Origin: Tilletiaria anomala UBC 951
Lineage: Eukaryota
NCBI RefSeq assembly: GCF_000711695.1
Contig: NW_013547021.1
Coordinates: forward strand, 372,001-436,000
DNA: 64,000 bases
Reading direction: 5' to 3'
Part shown: positions 10,873 to 23,025 of the stretch, in pieces
Position numbering within the stretch: the stretch's first letter is position 1
Layout of the letters: the number at the start of each line of letters is the position of its first letter
Notes under the pieces: model-generated
What the model saw: the letters and a program-made list of their open reading frames with translations, nothing else
Told to the model about the DNA's origin: nothing
Databases searched by the model: none
Translations under genes and position numbers: made by a program

Positions 10873-13800
10873 CTATTTCTCATTTACGTTCTCTTTCTCT
10901 TCCAGCAGCTGCTTCATCCTTTCGATACGTCGTTTCTTCTCCACAAGATTGATTGCCTCCCTCAGCTCCGTGGGCGCAGGGCTAGCTGCGACAGCGTCGG
11001 GCAAGATGTGCAAGTTATGTCTGACCCAGCTTTTGGTCGTAGGCCCAAGCACAGCGATGCGCGGATACTTGCTTCCCGCACCAGGCTTGGCGTCGATTGG
11101 CGGTGGCTCTGCCTCTGCGGGAGGCTCGGGTGGGATCCATTTGCGACACCGGAGGTGCGGCAAAGCGTACTGCACACCTGACGGTGAGAAGAAGACAATC
11201 CAATCGGGTTTGTGCGACTGCGCCACCCTGTTCTGTTGAGCTGTGATTGCATGCTCCAATAGTGCTTCGTCCGTCAAAGCGCTGTCCTCGTCGAGAGTGC
11301 CTAGTTTATTCTCGTGCGCTTGGGAAGGAGCAGAGCCACTGGCACGGTAGCCTCCGGGCGTCACATTCCACGAACCGCCAGAAGATGGACTGTTTGCGGC
11401 ACCAGTGCCGTTGATATTGCCGCTGCCACTCGAGTTTCCGCTACAAATCCCGGCACCGACGACTCCAGGTATTGGATAATCAGACGCAGCGATGGGCTCG
11501 AGGGATAGTGCAGAGCTGACAAAAGCCTGCGAATTGGAGGGATGCAGAGATTTTCCGAGCAGGGGACTCGGCATGGTGGGCTCGTGCAAGGTACATAGTA
11601 CGGACGCTCCAGTGGCCGAATTGTCGGTCCCGGGGACGTGCGTTGCGCTGCCTACAGCGCTGGATGACTCCGAGGCGGCCACGGGCATAGCACCTACATC
11701 GGCTTTCTGTTGCAGGCCTAGCATCGTCGCTTCCTCTCCGCCTGCTGCTTGCAAGAACGCTGGGGTCGCGTGCACTGCGGCAGGCATCATAATAGAACCA
11801 CCAGGGCCAACAGCGCTTCCATTCATCTGCGCCCGCTCCCTTGCGCCTGGACCGGGATGTGTCCCTGGCGCAGTACTGGCGCCGCCCAGCGGCGTGGATG
11901 TTACACCCGGTGCAAGCGCGCTCGCACTGCCTTCCAGCGGCGCTCCGGACATTAGCGGGCTGGGCAAGCCGTTCGCCAGCACACCCTTATTCACCACATT
12001 GAGTCGTTCGGCCAAGATCTTCGCTTTGATGCTAGATCTACGGCTTACGCTTGCGCTGCTCGGCGTACTGATGCTTCCTTCCGAGGCTGGTATGCTCGAA
12101 CCGCCCGCACTGCCGCTGCTGGCAGCAGGCGCGCTTGGGTCAAGCGCCTGCAATGCGGTGGTGCCTGGTGATCCCGACGCTGCCCCTGAGATGGCAGCGG
12201 AGAGCATGTTGGGCGGCGGACCGCTCAGCGCGCTCAGGAGCCCGGTGTTGGTGCCGCCACCATCGCTCTCGCTTGCACTGGGACGCCGGCTGTTGGGACG
12301 ACTGCTGCCGGGTGGAAGCGACTGCTCGAACGAGCGTAGGTGCGCGTCGAACTCTGGGTCTTCGCTCGTCTCGTAGACTTGCAGCTCCTCGAATGGGATT
12401 GGGGACATCTCCCATAGCTCCTTGGATTTCGGCATCGATATCATCCGCCTCCCTAGTGGCTTTGTATCAGCGGCCGCGCCTGCTGCTGGTGCCACCGTGG
12501 TCGTTGCTGGCTCTGTCAGACAACCCGCACTACCGTCTTCCTTCGTCGGGCGTGGCCGCCGGACAGTAGAAAGCATGTTGCGAATGGTTGGTAAATTCTT
12601 ATCCCCGGTCAGGATCAGCAGTGGCTCGATCGGCGGCGGGCCGGTATATTGGGCTTCTTCACCCTCGATGCTTATATCCGCGCCACTTTTACCGTCTAGA
12701 ATGGTACTGCGAGTCAGCACGGGGCTCCGATTCCCCGGTGAGCAGTAGCCCGGGGGACGCGACCCGGGCCCGTCGGCAAAGTGCTTGATGACATAGTTGG
12801 CTAGTGATTCGCCCGTGCCTGTCGCTACCCCGCCGAGCACAAGGCGAGGCCGGAAGGGCGTGGGAAGCGTGATCGCTGCATTCTTCAACGCGTTCGCGGT
12901 TGCTGGGCCCACTGCAAAGAATGGGATGCGGGGCCAAAGTGTGAGCGGCGGTGTCGCTGTCAGATGTGAGAAAGCAAGAAAACAAAAGGGGTCAATAGTC
13001 GATCTGAACACGCGCGTCGTTGGAAGGAATAACTTACTGTGCGACTCTCCTCGAGCGCTAGCTTCCTCGATCAACCTATTTGCAGCCATGCGCGCTGCCT
13101 TGACCCAGGCATCTGCGGCTCTCTGACTGGTGACAATCACGCCCCGATACCGCATCTGCTGCTTGAACACCCTCTGCTTGGCTTGTACGTCCCCAGATTG
13201 TGGGGTAGATGTTGCTCCGTTCTCATTTTCATGAGCTGCATGAAAAGCTGACCCTGTTTCGAGCGGGTACTGAGGTAAAACGACGTGCGTGCCGTTAATC
13301 ATCCGCTCTACCAGCTCTTGGAGGTTGACATGGCTGGTGGTCAAGATCGGTATACTGGATACGCAGTATTCGATCGCATCGTCCATGAGAGCGTTGGTGA
13401 TGACCTGATTGCCGCCCGTCATTTCGGTCAAACGATTGAGGAGTTTGACTTCGTCTCCATCCTTGCTCATCAGGTGGTGCGTCGTAAGCGTCGGGTCATC
13501 CACGATCCAGCGGCCTCTCCGTCGGCCGGTAGTGGACAAGTTGAGCGCGGACTTGAGGATTTCTGCGCCGGAGCGGTCCATCGGGCCCGAGAGCGTGTTC
13601 GGGTTGATTGGCGGCGGCAGCGGGGTAGAGGAGCCGCTCTCGAGCGCAGACATGGGGAACGACGGGAGGCAGAAGGAGCCGAATGCATCGTGGTATGGGT
13701 CCGTGCCTTCTGAAGAAGGGATGGGTGTGCGGAAAAGCAAGATGGAGAGCGGCGGCGGAGGAACAGGTAGAGCGTTCATGTTGAGCGGACCCACTGCACC

Positions 13801-13944
13801 TGAAGCCGCGACATCGGAGGCGTTGAAATCAGGCAAGGAGCCTGCGCCCGCTTTCAGCGGTGAGATGGCGTCGTGACTCAGACGATACATACCCAAGTCC
13901 AGCACTCCGCTTGTACCCCCACTGACGGACGCATGCCGCGTCAT
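10873..13944 (-). CDS. HEM4: Uroporphyrinogen-III synthase (HemD/Hem4) with very large low-complexity insertions
   Basis: Ordered motifs ILLFRTP..DPY, GVIVTSQRAADAW, FAVGPATANAL, GTGESLA, LLILTGDK, ELQVYET, WIVFFSPSGV, IAVLGPTT, AVAASPAPTEL; likely 81-nt in-frame intron 13037-12957. Confidence 0.85.
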   Translation of the reverse strand: MTRHASVSGGTSGVLDLGMYRLSHDAISPLKAGAGSLPDFNASDVAASGAVGPLNMNALPVPPPPLSILLFRTPIPSSEGTDPYHDAFGSFCLPSFPMSALESGSSTPLPPPINPNTLSGPMDRSGAEILKSALNLSTTGRRRGRWIVDDPTLTTHHLMSKDGDEVKLLNRLTEMTGGNQVITNALMDDAIEYCVSSIPILTTSHVNLQELVERMINGTHVVLPQYPLETGSAFHAAHENENGATSTPQSGDVQAKQRVFKQQMRYRGVIVTSQRAADAWVKAARMAANRLIEEASARGESHSKLFLPTTRVFRSTIDPFCFLAFSHLTATPPLTLWPRIPFFAVGPATANALKNAAITLPTPFRPRLVLGGVATGTGESLANYVIKHFADGPGSRPPGYCSPGNRSPVLTRSTILDGKSGADISIEGEEAQYTGPPPIEPLLILTGDKNLPTIRNMLSTVRRPRPTKEDGSAGCLTEPATTTVAPAAGAAADTKPLGRRMISMPKSKELWEMSPIPFEELQVYETSEDPEFDAHLRSFEQSLPPGSSRPNSRRPSASESDGGGTNTGLLSALSGPPPNMLSAAISGAASGSPGTTALQALDPSAPAASSGSAGGSSIPASEGSISTPSSASVSRRSSIKAKILAERLNVVNKGVLANGLPSPLMSGAPLEGSASALAPGVTSTPLGGASTAPGTHPGPGARERAQMNGSAVGPGGSIMMPAAVHATPAFLQAAGGEEATMLGLQQKADVGAMPVAASESSSAVGSATHVPGTDNSATGASVLCTLHEPTMPSPLLGKSLHPSNSQAFVSSALSLEPIAASDYPIPGVVGAGICSGNSSGSGNINGTGAANSPSSGGSWNVTPGGYRASGSAPSQAHENKLGTLDEDSALTDEALLEHAITAQQNRVAQSHKPDWIVFFSPSGVQYALPHLRCRKWIPPEPPAEAEPPPIDAKPGAGSKYPRIAVLGPTTKSWVRHNLHILPDAVAASPAPTELREAINLVEKKRRIERMKQLLEEKENVNEK

Positions 13945-16900
13945 GGTGCTTGCACGAGGGTGTGACGATGGCGGAGGCGGGAATGGATACCTCTGGGCGA
14001 GGGCTGTCGGTACTGTCGAGTGAGATGCAGCAGGCTCGGCCGGGCAGCGTGAGCCCTTGTCGTGCCCTGCGTGATGGTGCCAGTCGTCTCCAGGTCCTTG
14101 TTGCTCTTGTTGACTGCGTTGACTACCACTACGTCAACAGCTTCAGAGCGTGGACGCGATGCAGTCGGCCATACATCTCGGTCGCTGTGAGAGGGTGTGA
14201 AAAACGTCCCCTTTTGCTGCTGCGAGCTGCGAAGCGCCGTTCGTCTCCGCCGTCGTCGGCGTCGTTGTCGCCGCCATGGTGATGGAAACGAAGCAAGGTT
14301 TACTAATAGTGCGGCCGTGGGTACCACAGGAGTGTGGATGGGGAAAGTGACGCTGTGCCTTGAACAGTGGAGTGCGAACGAGCTAGCCGCCAGCCCGGTC
14401 AGCTGCCAGGTTAAGTCAGGGTTCCACCGATGACTGCCCGGACACTGCCAGGGTGCCGCACTGGTCCCTTTCGTTCTGTGGCTCACGTGGTTCTCTGTCA
14501 TGTGCGTCGTCAGTGAAACGTCACCATGCGTCCAGTAGAGACGCTAATGTTGATCAATCTCGTCTGTCGACTGTGGCCTGCCTGTGCCGAGTGCTGCTTT
14601 CCTATTGAACACCCTTTCCAGCGTCCTGTATCCCCCTTCGACCATATGTAAGGCGGTGCAGATTGCAGACATAGGGTAGAGTACGTAGAGTCTTGCAAGA
14701 CGGAGGCGAGGAGACGAGCAGCACGCTGCGGGAAAGGAGGTGTTGAATTGCAACAAAGCCCCCTACGATCTCACATGCCTCCTGTGCGAGACCTCAATGT
14801 CCCAATTGCAACAGCTGCCGCACGCCAGGTGAATGGAGAGACGGTCAACCAAGAGTTTGACAGTGAGACGATGCGACGATGGATGCGGAGAAAATAACAT
14901 ACAGAGAGCAATGGCAATGTCTTGAGTCTTAGAACCTGCAAGGCACGCAGTACACGAAGCGTCCACGGCTCCTCAATGCTTCGCTCCATCATGGGTTGGC
15001 GATCATGTGGTTGTTACAGGGGCTGTCTCCTGAGACGGTGCTGCAATCCATACTTAATGGAAACGAATATCAGGAGCGAACCTTTGACCTGGAGCGCTTC
15101 CGCTTTGAATGACGGCAGGCGAGGGCTCACCCACTTTATGCATGCTCCTGCACTATCTTTTTGTTGAAATATGTCTATGCACACGCAAGGATTCATTGTA
15201 CGAGTGCCATTATAGGTTATCAACTGTGAAATCGCACGCTGTAGGACAGTGGCATGCAATAGCTGACAAGTTGTCGCGCCGCTGCCACACGTTAATTTAA
15301 TTGCTAGCTGAGGGTGCGGCGATGATGTACAACATCGCACACCTGCCAGCACTAGCTTGGCCCAAACAGTCCCATGCTAGTCCCTTGTCTCCGCCTTTGG
15401 CGACGCACAGGGATCTCGTCCTGAGCTCGGCCAGCGCAAGGCGGGCCTGTGTGGTTTGGGCGAGGGTCACACCAGCAGTCCATAGTCAATTTCGCAATGT
15501 GAATATCAGACTTTCACGTCTCCAATGCAGTGGTGTCCCCCCCACCCGAACCAGTCACACTCTGGCACACCATACTGACCAAAGGTGTGAGTGAGGGCGC
15601 ATAGCTCTCATGCACCCAACTCATCTCAGTGAATTACAGGCCTGCCTTGAAGATGAGGGCATGTGCAGTGTGTAGTAAATTGGCATGTATGAGCGCACTG
15701 GCGCAAAGGGGAAAGCATCTGGACTCGATAGCTCTCTTTCACCTGATGAATACAAACATGATGGAAGCCCTTTAATACTGCACTTCCATCATTGTAATGG
15801 CTTCCCTTCGTTTTAGCATGAATGCAAATGAGGCGCTGCTGTCGCATCGAACAGTAATTGTTATCGAAGTTTCCTCGCGATAGTGCAGTGTATTTTCGGC
15901 TCACTGGGCAGATGAACCTCGTTCAGTGTCCCTCTTGTCATCGTTCAGATGCTCCAACTGTGGAGGCCATCCGTATCACCTTGTTAGATGCTTACCTACG
16001 TGGTATCCAATTGTGGTGGTGAAGAAGTGCACGCAACCTTTGCAGAGACGAGTTGAATCATGTTTCGGATTCTCGCTTTCATGCTTAACGCTTAGTTTTC
16101 TCTCAGTGTAATAACAGATCTGCAGAAGCACAGTGGCAAAACAAACGCAGGTTCTCGACTGATCAACAGTGGGCGACATCGATCAAGTGCAAGAACAAAG
16201 AGACAATATGTAGAAATTGAGACCAAACTGACTCTCGATATGGTTGCTGGAGCAGACCATGGAAAGCTTTGGCCTAAATTTCAGGACCTCTGGGACTTGG
16301 ACTTGGGGACTTGGGAGACATCATCAAGATCGATCACACATCGCTCAATATCCCAGTTCACACGCTCACGCGTCGTGGGCTCTCAGCAATTCTTCGAGGC
16401 TGCCGGCTGCGTTCGCAGCCTTGTAGGGCCCGATGAAGGAGACTAGGGTACGGGAGTCTGGACTATAGCGACAACCTCTCTGACCGTTGTGATTTTCACT
16501 TTCAGGACTGAAGACAGGAGATTCTATGCACTGGGGTATTCTTTTTTGGGTGCAACCCGGCCCGATCGTTGGGAGGGGTCGACGAGTTCAGTAAGGGATC
16601 CCAGCGGTCGCCGTGAGGTACACTCTACGCAAGGCCAAGCTGCCGTGGCGCTGAGTGCCGATGTAACCCGAACTTAGAGATTCCCTGGCATTGTTTTTGA
16701 GCACCGCTTTACCCTTTCGGGGCCAAGTCTGGGAGCTGAAGCGACCCACCAAGGATATAAGTCCCGGTGAATTGGCTCCAAAATGCCCTGGAGTTTGCAT
16801 CAGACATTTTGACCGCCCAATGCCCCCGCCCTGGCACAACTGCCAAATTGCGCCACTTTTTCGGTCAAACGCATGGTCCTAAACAGGGAGATCCCTGGAT

Positions 16901-18658
16901 CAGCGGTAACGGCAGCACCCAAGTGATTGGCGTTGCTTGTGGGGTGTCCATGTCCACCGCCTGCCACGCTTGCGCCAGTAGCGGCGGAGATCTGAGTATC
17001 TCTGTGGAGACCGTTGCAGCAGGCTCTAGCCAGCCTGTTGCAGTGCTGGAGACTGCTCTGGCACACTGGAATCTGGAGGTTGGAGGCCCGTGCCACTTAC
17101 TGATTGAGAGGGGAGAGCAGAACAACGACGTGTGGAAACCTGCCTACTCTCGGCAACGTGTCTACTGATGCTGGTTTCTTCCCCACTCGCGCGCACGCCG
17201 CCACCGGCCTCTCCGCTTCTTGGGTTGCCTCTTGCCAACAGCCAAATGTAAACCAGGACTCGCTATCACTACACTCCTTGATAGTATATGTGCACTTTGT
17301 TGCATGTCGAGGATCACCGGAAGATGGATCCTGGTGAAAGCTGCAGTGCTGGAGAGGCTGGAAGGCCGAGGTCCGGAAGTGCGACTTCGAGACACTTTTG
17401 AGGCTACGTATGTCCTGCAACGCCTGTGAATACATGTACGCGCTCCGCTCCGAATAACTAGTTTTCCTTTTCTGCCAGTTGTGGTTGTGAGCGTGTGCCT
17501 AGCCTGTGGCAGAGTCGCAGGAAGATGTCCCGAGACGCCGCCTCCTGTCTTGATTGGAAACCACCCGGACAGCCTTTTCAACAATACAACAGCATGTCGC
17601 CTCGTGGCACTTGCTCGCGCGCGTGCCGCCCTCGGCTTGCCATGTGCGCCGCCTGAAAACATTGGACCGATGGGACGCGAATCTGTGGGAATCCTCAATT
17701 GGCCCCCAGAAAATGCAATGGCTGTGTGCCGCCGCATCGTGGTAACAGCTCTGGTGCCCAACTTTTAGGGGTGGGTTTCGGTGCGATTTTGGGCAGGCCG
17801 CAAGGCGAGCAGTTTAGAGCAAGGCGGATGTTGGCGGCTCCAGTGCCTCCCCTTCCGAAAGTCGATTCCCTTCTTTTTCTCCCTACGCTCTCCGTTGTGA
17901 GGGCATCTGTCAACGCGAGCTCACAGATCACTGAGTTGGCTACGGTTGCAGCGAAACCATTCCCCTCTCGGAGTCTCTGATGAGCGGGAGAAGTACCACT
18001 CCAGTATGCAACCGTCCGAAGCCATCCCTAGCAGCAGTAGCATTCGCAGCACTCGACAGACGTCGCAGGGAATGGAATTGAACCAAGGCGATTGACTGGG
18101 CTTCCCTACTCCCTACTGGGCTCGAAGTACCATCCAGTCGAGGATCGAGAAATCCTCCCGGCCCCCCCGGCGCTCATCCAGGACGACAGAGCAGAAGGAG
18201 CTGCAAGTTGAACAAGCAGCTCAAGGACACACTTACGACTCCACACTGCTCGACTGTCTTTCGCTTAGCCCGCCAGATCCTCGTCTCATCGATTCTGCGG
18301 GGGTTTGCGAGCCTTCTCTCTGGGCAGACCTTATCTAGACCAAGCGGGGACTTTCGCACTGAAGAGCGAGCTGATTGAGCAGCACTCGGACACATTCATC
18401 CTATCTCAGACCTCGGCCCTGAGAATTATCAGCGGCACAGCCACTACCAATAGCCAGAACGGATCAGACCAGAGCCTGGCTTACTTGTGCTGAGTTCAGC
18501 CAAGGTCGTTCCTGTGAAGCAAATCCCCAACACTGTGGACTCTTTAAGAACTCGCCGCCTCGCGCGGCTCCTTTCTCATTACTAGTCCAGGGTTTCGGTC
18601 GTATTCACATTCAGATTGAGCACGGCGAGAAGGGCTTCTTAATCACACCAACCCCGCC

Positions 18659-21600
18659 ATGGCTACGTCAACGGTCTCGGGCTTCTTGCCTAGGCGCAAG
18701 CAGTCCGTTTCGAATGGCTTTGGGGCTGAGTCGCATCATCTGAATCTGCCAGCATCGATGGTACCGCCAACGGCTTCGCCGGGGCCGGCTACATTTCCGG
18801 GGAATGCATATCCCTTTGGCGGTGGCAACAGCAGCGGTGTAGCTGGCCCATCGGGGCTACCAAATGGGCATGGACATGTTGGAGGCACGAATGGCGGTTA
18901 TATGAGTGGCACTTCGACACCTGGCTTGTCGAATGCATCCACCACCTCACTCGTATCCGGCTCGACGATTGTCGCACCAGCATCAACATCAATAGGGTCC
19001 AACGCGATGGGCTTGACAGCAGTAGCAGGATCATCGTCATCAGCAGATGGTGGGATAGGTGCTTCGTTGATCCCAGGAGCAGGACCTGGTGGAGCACCCT
19101 TGCAAGCTGGCGCACCGCAAGCAGCGAACAATATGATCAACAAGCAGGCAGGTGCTGGCTCGTCACTGTATCAGAGCTGCCTCATGCTGCGAGATCGTTT
19201 GTGGAGGGTGGATGGATTCGGACCGGCCTACCTCAGCGAGAACAGCGGGGCAGACGGCAAGGATGGCGAAGACGGAGGCTCAGCCAGCCCCATTACTGAT
19301 TCATACAGTCCCAACGGGCCACCATCGCCCAAGTCACGAGCCAGCTCTTCCATCAATGGTACACAATCTTCGTCAAGATCGCCCGCTGGCATGTCGGACC
19401 CCGTCACCCAGCTCTGGCAGCTCTTCCGGCTCGGCTCCCCGCTCTGCGTCCTCCTGAACCAACTGCTCCCGGCTGATCAGCACTTTCCCACCTCGGTGCC
19501 CACAGCTACAGCTGTAACAGCGCCAGATGGGACGCCAGCGCCATCCCGAAACAATGCAAACGAGTGCAAGAAGCTCGTTGCCAAGTTTATCATGGCGCTC
19601 AAGACGCATCTTGGCTTCAATACCGAGGAGATCTTCACCATCTCCCAGCTATATCTCAACGACACGAATGGCTTCGTCCGTGTCATCCGGACAGTGTCAA
19701 AGGTGCTCGATGCTTTTCAAGAGCGCGGCCTGCTCGTCCCTTCGCAGAAACCTGCGTACGAGGACGAGATTGAGGCGGCAGCGGGTGGCAGCAAGCCGGT
19801 CGATGAGCGAGCACGTGTCGTACGCGAGCTCCTGGATACCGAGCGCAAATACGTCATGGACCTCGAAACGCTGCAGGCTTTCGCAAAGTCCCTCTCGCAG
19901 AATGCTATCCTGCCAGCCGACACCATCCACAATCTCTTCGGTAATCTTAACACCATGGTGGACGTGCAGCGCAGGTTCTTGATCTGTGTAGAGGAGAACG
20001 CGAGGAGACCGGTAGATGATCAGCATTTTGGCCATGTCTTCCGGACAATGGTGAGTGAAGTTGTGCGGCTTTGTGCTGATGAACACGGTGCATGAATGCT
20101 CACAGACCCTAATCAATTGCTGTAGGAACGAGACTTCACGGTTTACGAGCCTTTCTGCGCCAATTACGCGCAAGCACTTGACATCATCAGCGCAGAGGCA
20201 TCAAATATTATGGTGAGCATCAATGCTAGCTATTTTAGTGCATCCAGCAGAGCAGCATTCGCTGATACACAGTATCTTTGCTCTCAGCGCATGAGGGGCA
20301 TGCCGAACACAGAAGATTGCTACTTGGAGCCAGTGTACGAGCTGCCAACTTTCCTCATCAAGCCTGTTCAGCGAATCTGCAAGTACCATCTCATCCTTGA
20401 CTCACTCATCAAACGCTCCGCACCAGATGCACCATACCTTGACGAGCTGCGAGACGGTTACTCGATCATCAAAGGCGTAGCGGATCGAGTGAATGAGACG
20501 AGGCGCCTGCAAGAGAATGCACAACTCGTGCAGGAGCTCAGCACGCGCGTGGAGGATTGGAAAGGGCATAACATTCTCACCTTTGGCCATCTACTGCTTT
20601 CAGATGTCTTCATGGTCGCCAAAGGAGATACCGATCGAGAGTACCATGTGTACTTGTTCGAGAAAATCCTACTGTGTTGCAAGGAGGTGCAGCCGAACGT
20701 CAACAAGAAGAACTCCAAGTCAAACTCGCTCCTGAAGCAAAAGTCTGGGCAGATGCAACAGCCTGGCGGAAAGAAGTCGAAGACGACGCTCTTGCTCAAA
20801 GGTCGTATTTTCATCAATAACGTCACCGGGGCCTTTGCCAACAACAAAATGACTTGTGAGTGCACCGTTTTTTGCTGATTTACTTTCCACCCATTGCTGA
20901 TTTCGGCCATCACTGTTTCTGGGGACGCAGCGGCTACGGGCTTGTCAAGTGGACAGCACTCATTGCAAGTCTGGTGGAGGGGTGATTACGATCAAGAGTC
21001 ATTCAGTCTGCGGTGCAAAAACGAGGAGCAGCTCAAGCAATGGCAGACGGCGTTGAACAAACTCATCGAGGACGTGCAGGCCCGGCGGCAACAGCTGGCA
21101 GCGCAATACGGTGCCGGGGGCGTCTCACCGTCTGGCAACATGGCAGGCACATGGGCCCTTGGCCGTCGCATCACACAGACGCAGAGCCACTTCCCGCAGA
21201 CGCCGGTCACAGAACAAGGTGGTTTCTTCCCGCTCACGCGAACCGAGTCCCAGGCCGGGTATCACTCGGGCGAAGATGTTTTCGACGACGACAAGATTGA
21301 AGGACTTCGAGAGGAAGGCGCTGCCTCGCACGACAGCTTCTCCGGACGCGGCACCCCACTCGGTGGTCGCCTATCGCAACCAGCCGAGACAAGAGATCGC
21401 AAACTCTCCCTATCCCACGAGATGCTGCGTCCGCGTGCTCAGACCGCGGATCAGGACTCGGCGACCATGTCTCAGTGGCGAGCGCAAGCTGGGGTACCTC
21501 CACCTGTGCCGAGGCAGAACTCGGTCAGCGCTACCACTTCCGCAGAACAGACACTACGCAAGGCTTCCAGCAGTCGACAGCTCAGACAGCCGGTCGGTTA

Positions 21601-22393
21601 CGCAGCACAGGGCTTCTCTGGGTATCCACGACCGCCTCGGCAGGGTAATGATGTGCCCAATGGCGAGGCTGCTGATGCGAGCGTCTTCATGAACGAGGCT
21701 GCGGACCGAACGGTGACGCCTGGCTCTGCCGCTCCGCAAGATGACAAGAGAGGCTCAGCGCACAGTAGGAGCCGCTCAGCGAGCAACCCGCAAGCTTTCC
21801 ACTTGCCAGCTACGATGCAGCACCTTCGTCAGCAACCGCAGCAGCTGCGTGCATCACCCGCGTCGACCATACCAAGCAAGGACCAGGCGCGGAGCAGCAG
21901 TAGCCAAGGAGGGCCGAGCATGTTGAGCTATCTCGCCAGCGATGCTAGAGAAGTCGACAAGCGCTTGTCGAGCTCCAGCGTCTCGACTGTCGACTCGGTA
22001 CGCTCGGCACGCTCGCGTCCCGATTCGACGACCGGCAGCTCACCCATCACACGGAGCGGCAGTTCGGGGGGCTCTGGTGTCGGCTCTCAACCGAGTCGCC
22101 CATCCATAAATGCACAGGCCGGGTCGAACGTCATCAAACTGATCGTCCAGGTTGGAGAGGACCGCTTCACGCAGGCGGTATTTGCAACAATTTCGTTTGA
22201 CGACCTTGTTTTGAAGGTCGCGAATAAGGTGCGCGTCTGCGCCGGCCGTGGCTCCATTCCAGAAAGTGGCATCAAGCTGCGGTACATTGACGAGGACGGG
22301 GATCGTATCATCATGAAGAACAACGATGATGTTCAGATGGCTTTCGAAGGCGCACGTTTGGGGGGCGGTGACGTGCACCTCATTGTGTCGTAG
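18659..22393 (+). CDS. CDC24: Rho-family GEF Cdc24/Scd1 (CH-DH-PH-PB1); 4 exons
   Basis: SLYQSC..DPVTQLWQLFRLGSPLCVL (CH), ELLDTERKYVMDLE, LIKPVQRICKY (DH), RVEDWKGH..FGHLLL..EYHVYLFEKILLCCKE..LKGRIFI (PH), LRYIDEDGDRI (PB1). Confidence 0.96.
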
Positions 22394-23025
22394 CAAGAAG
22401 GGCGACAACGAAGTTCTCGCTCCATCGGCCTCTCACCTCCACTGGCTCCAACACGCATTCCTCGTTGAGCATCTGCCCAACAAGGCACTCCATACAATCT
22501 GCATCTACACACCTATGCATCGGTGACATCTCTAACTTACCGGATGTCTCAATATATCTTGCATCTCTGTCGCATACAATCGCCACAATCCTGCCTGGCC
22601 GAGCGCTGTCGCTTCTCAGCGCGCACAACGACAACGCTTGTTTCCTCGTCTACGGTCTTCTACGGCCGGGCATGGATGCTGATCTTAGCTTCGTTTCTTT
22701 TGGGCTCCTCCACGTCCTCATCATTATGAAACTGATGAGGGTGTCAGTGCCGGGCTTAATCAATTCGTTTTCCCCTGGGCTGTATGCTTCCTTCACACCA
22801 TTAGGCACCGCGTCGGAAAGGGAAGTCCCCACTATCTATGGCTAGGCCATCAAAGTTGTATTTGTAAGGCATGGTCGTTTCGGCTCAATGCTTCTAGCTT
22901 GAAACATCAATCCAAATTTCTAAAGGCATGTCGAGACGGAGCAGGGGAAACAAAAGCAATCTAGAGACGGTGTGGAGAGTACAAGCGAAATTGGCTTCTC
23001 GAGAGCAGCGGGCGGCTCGAAATGA

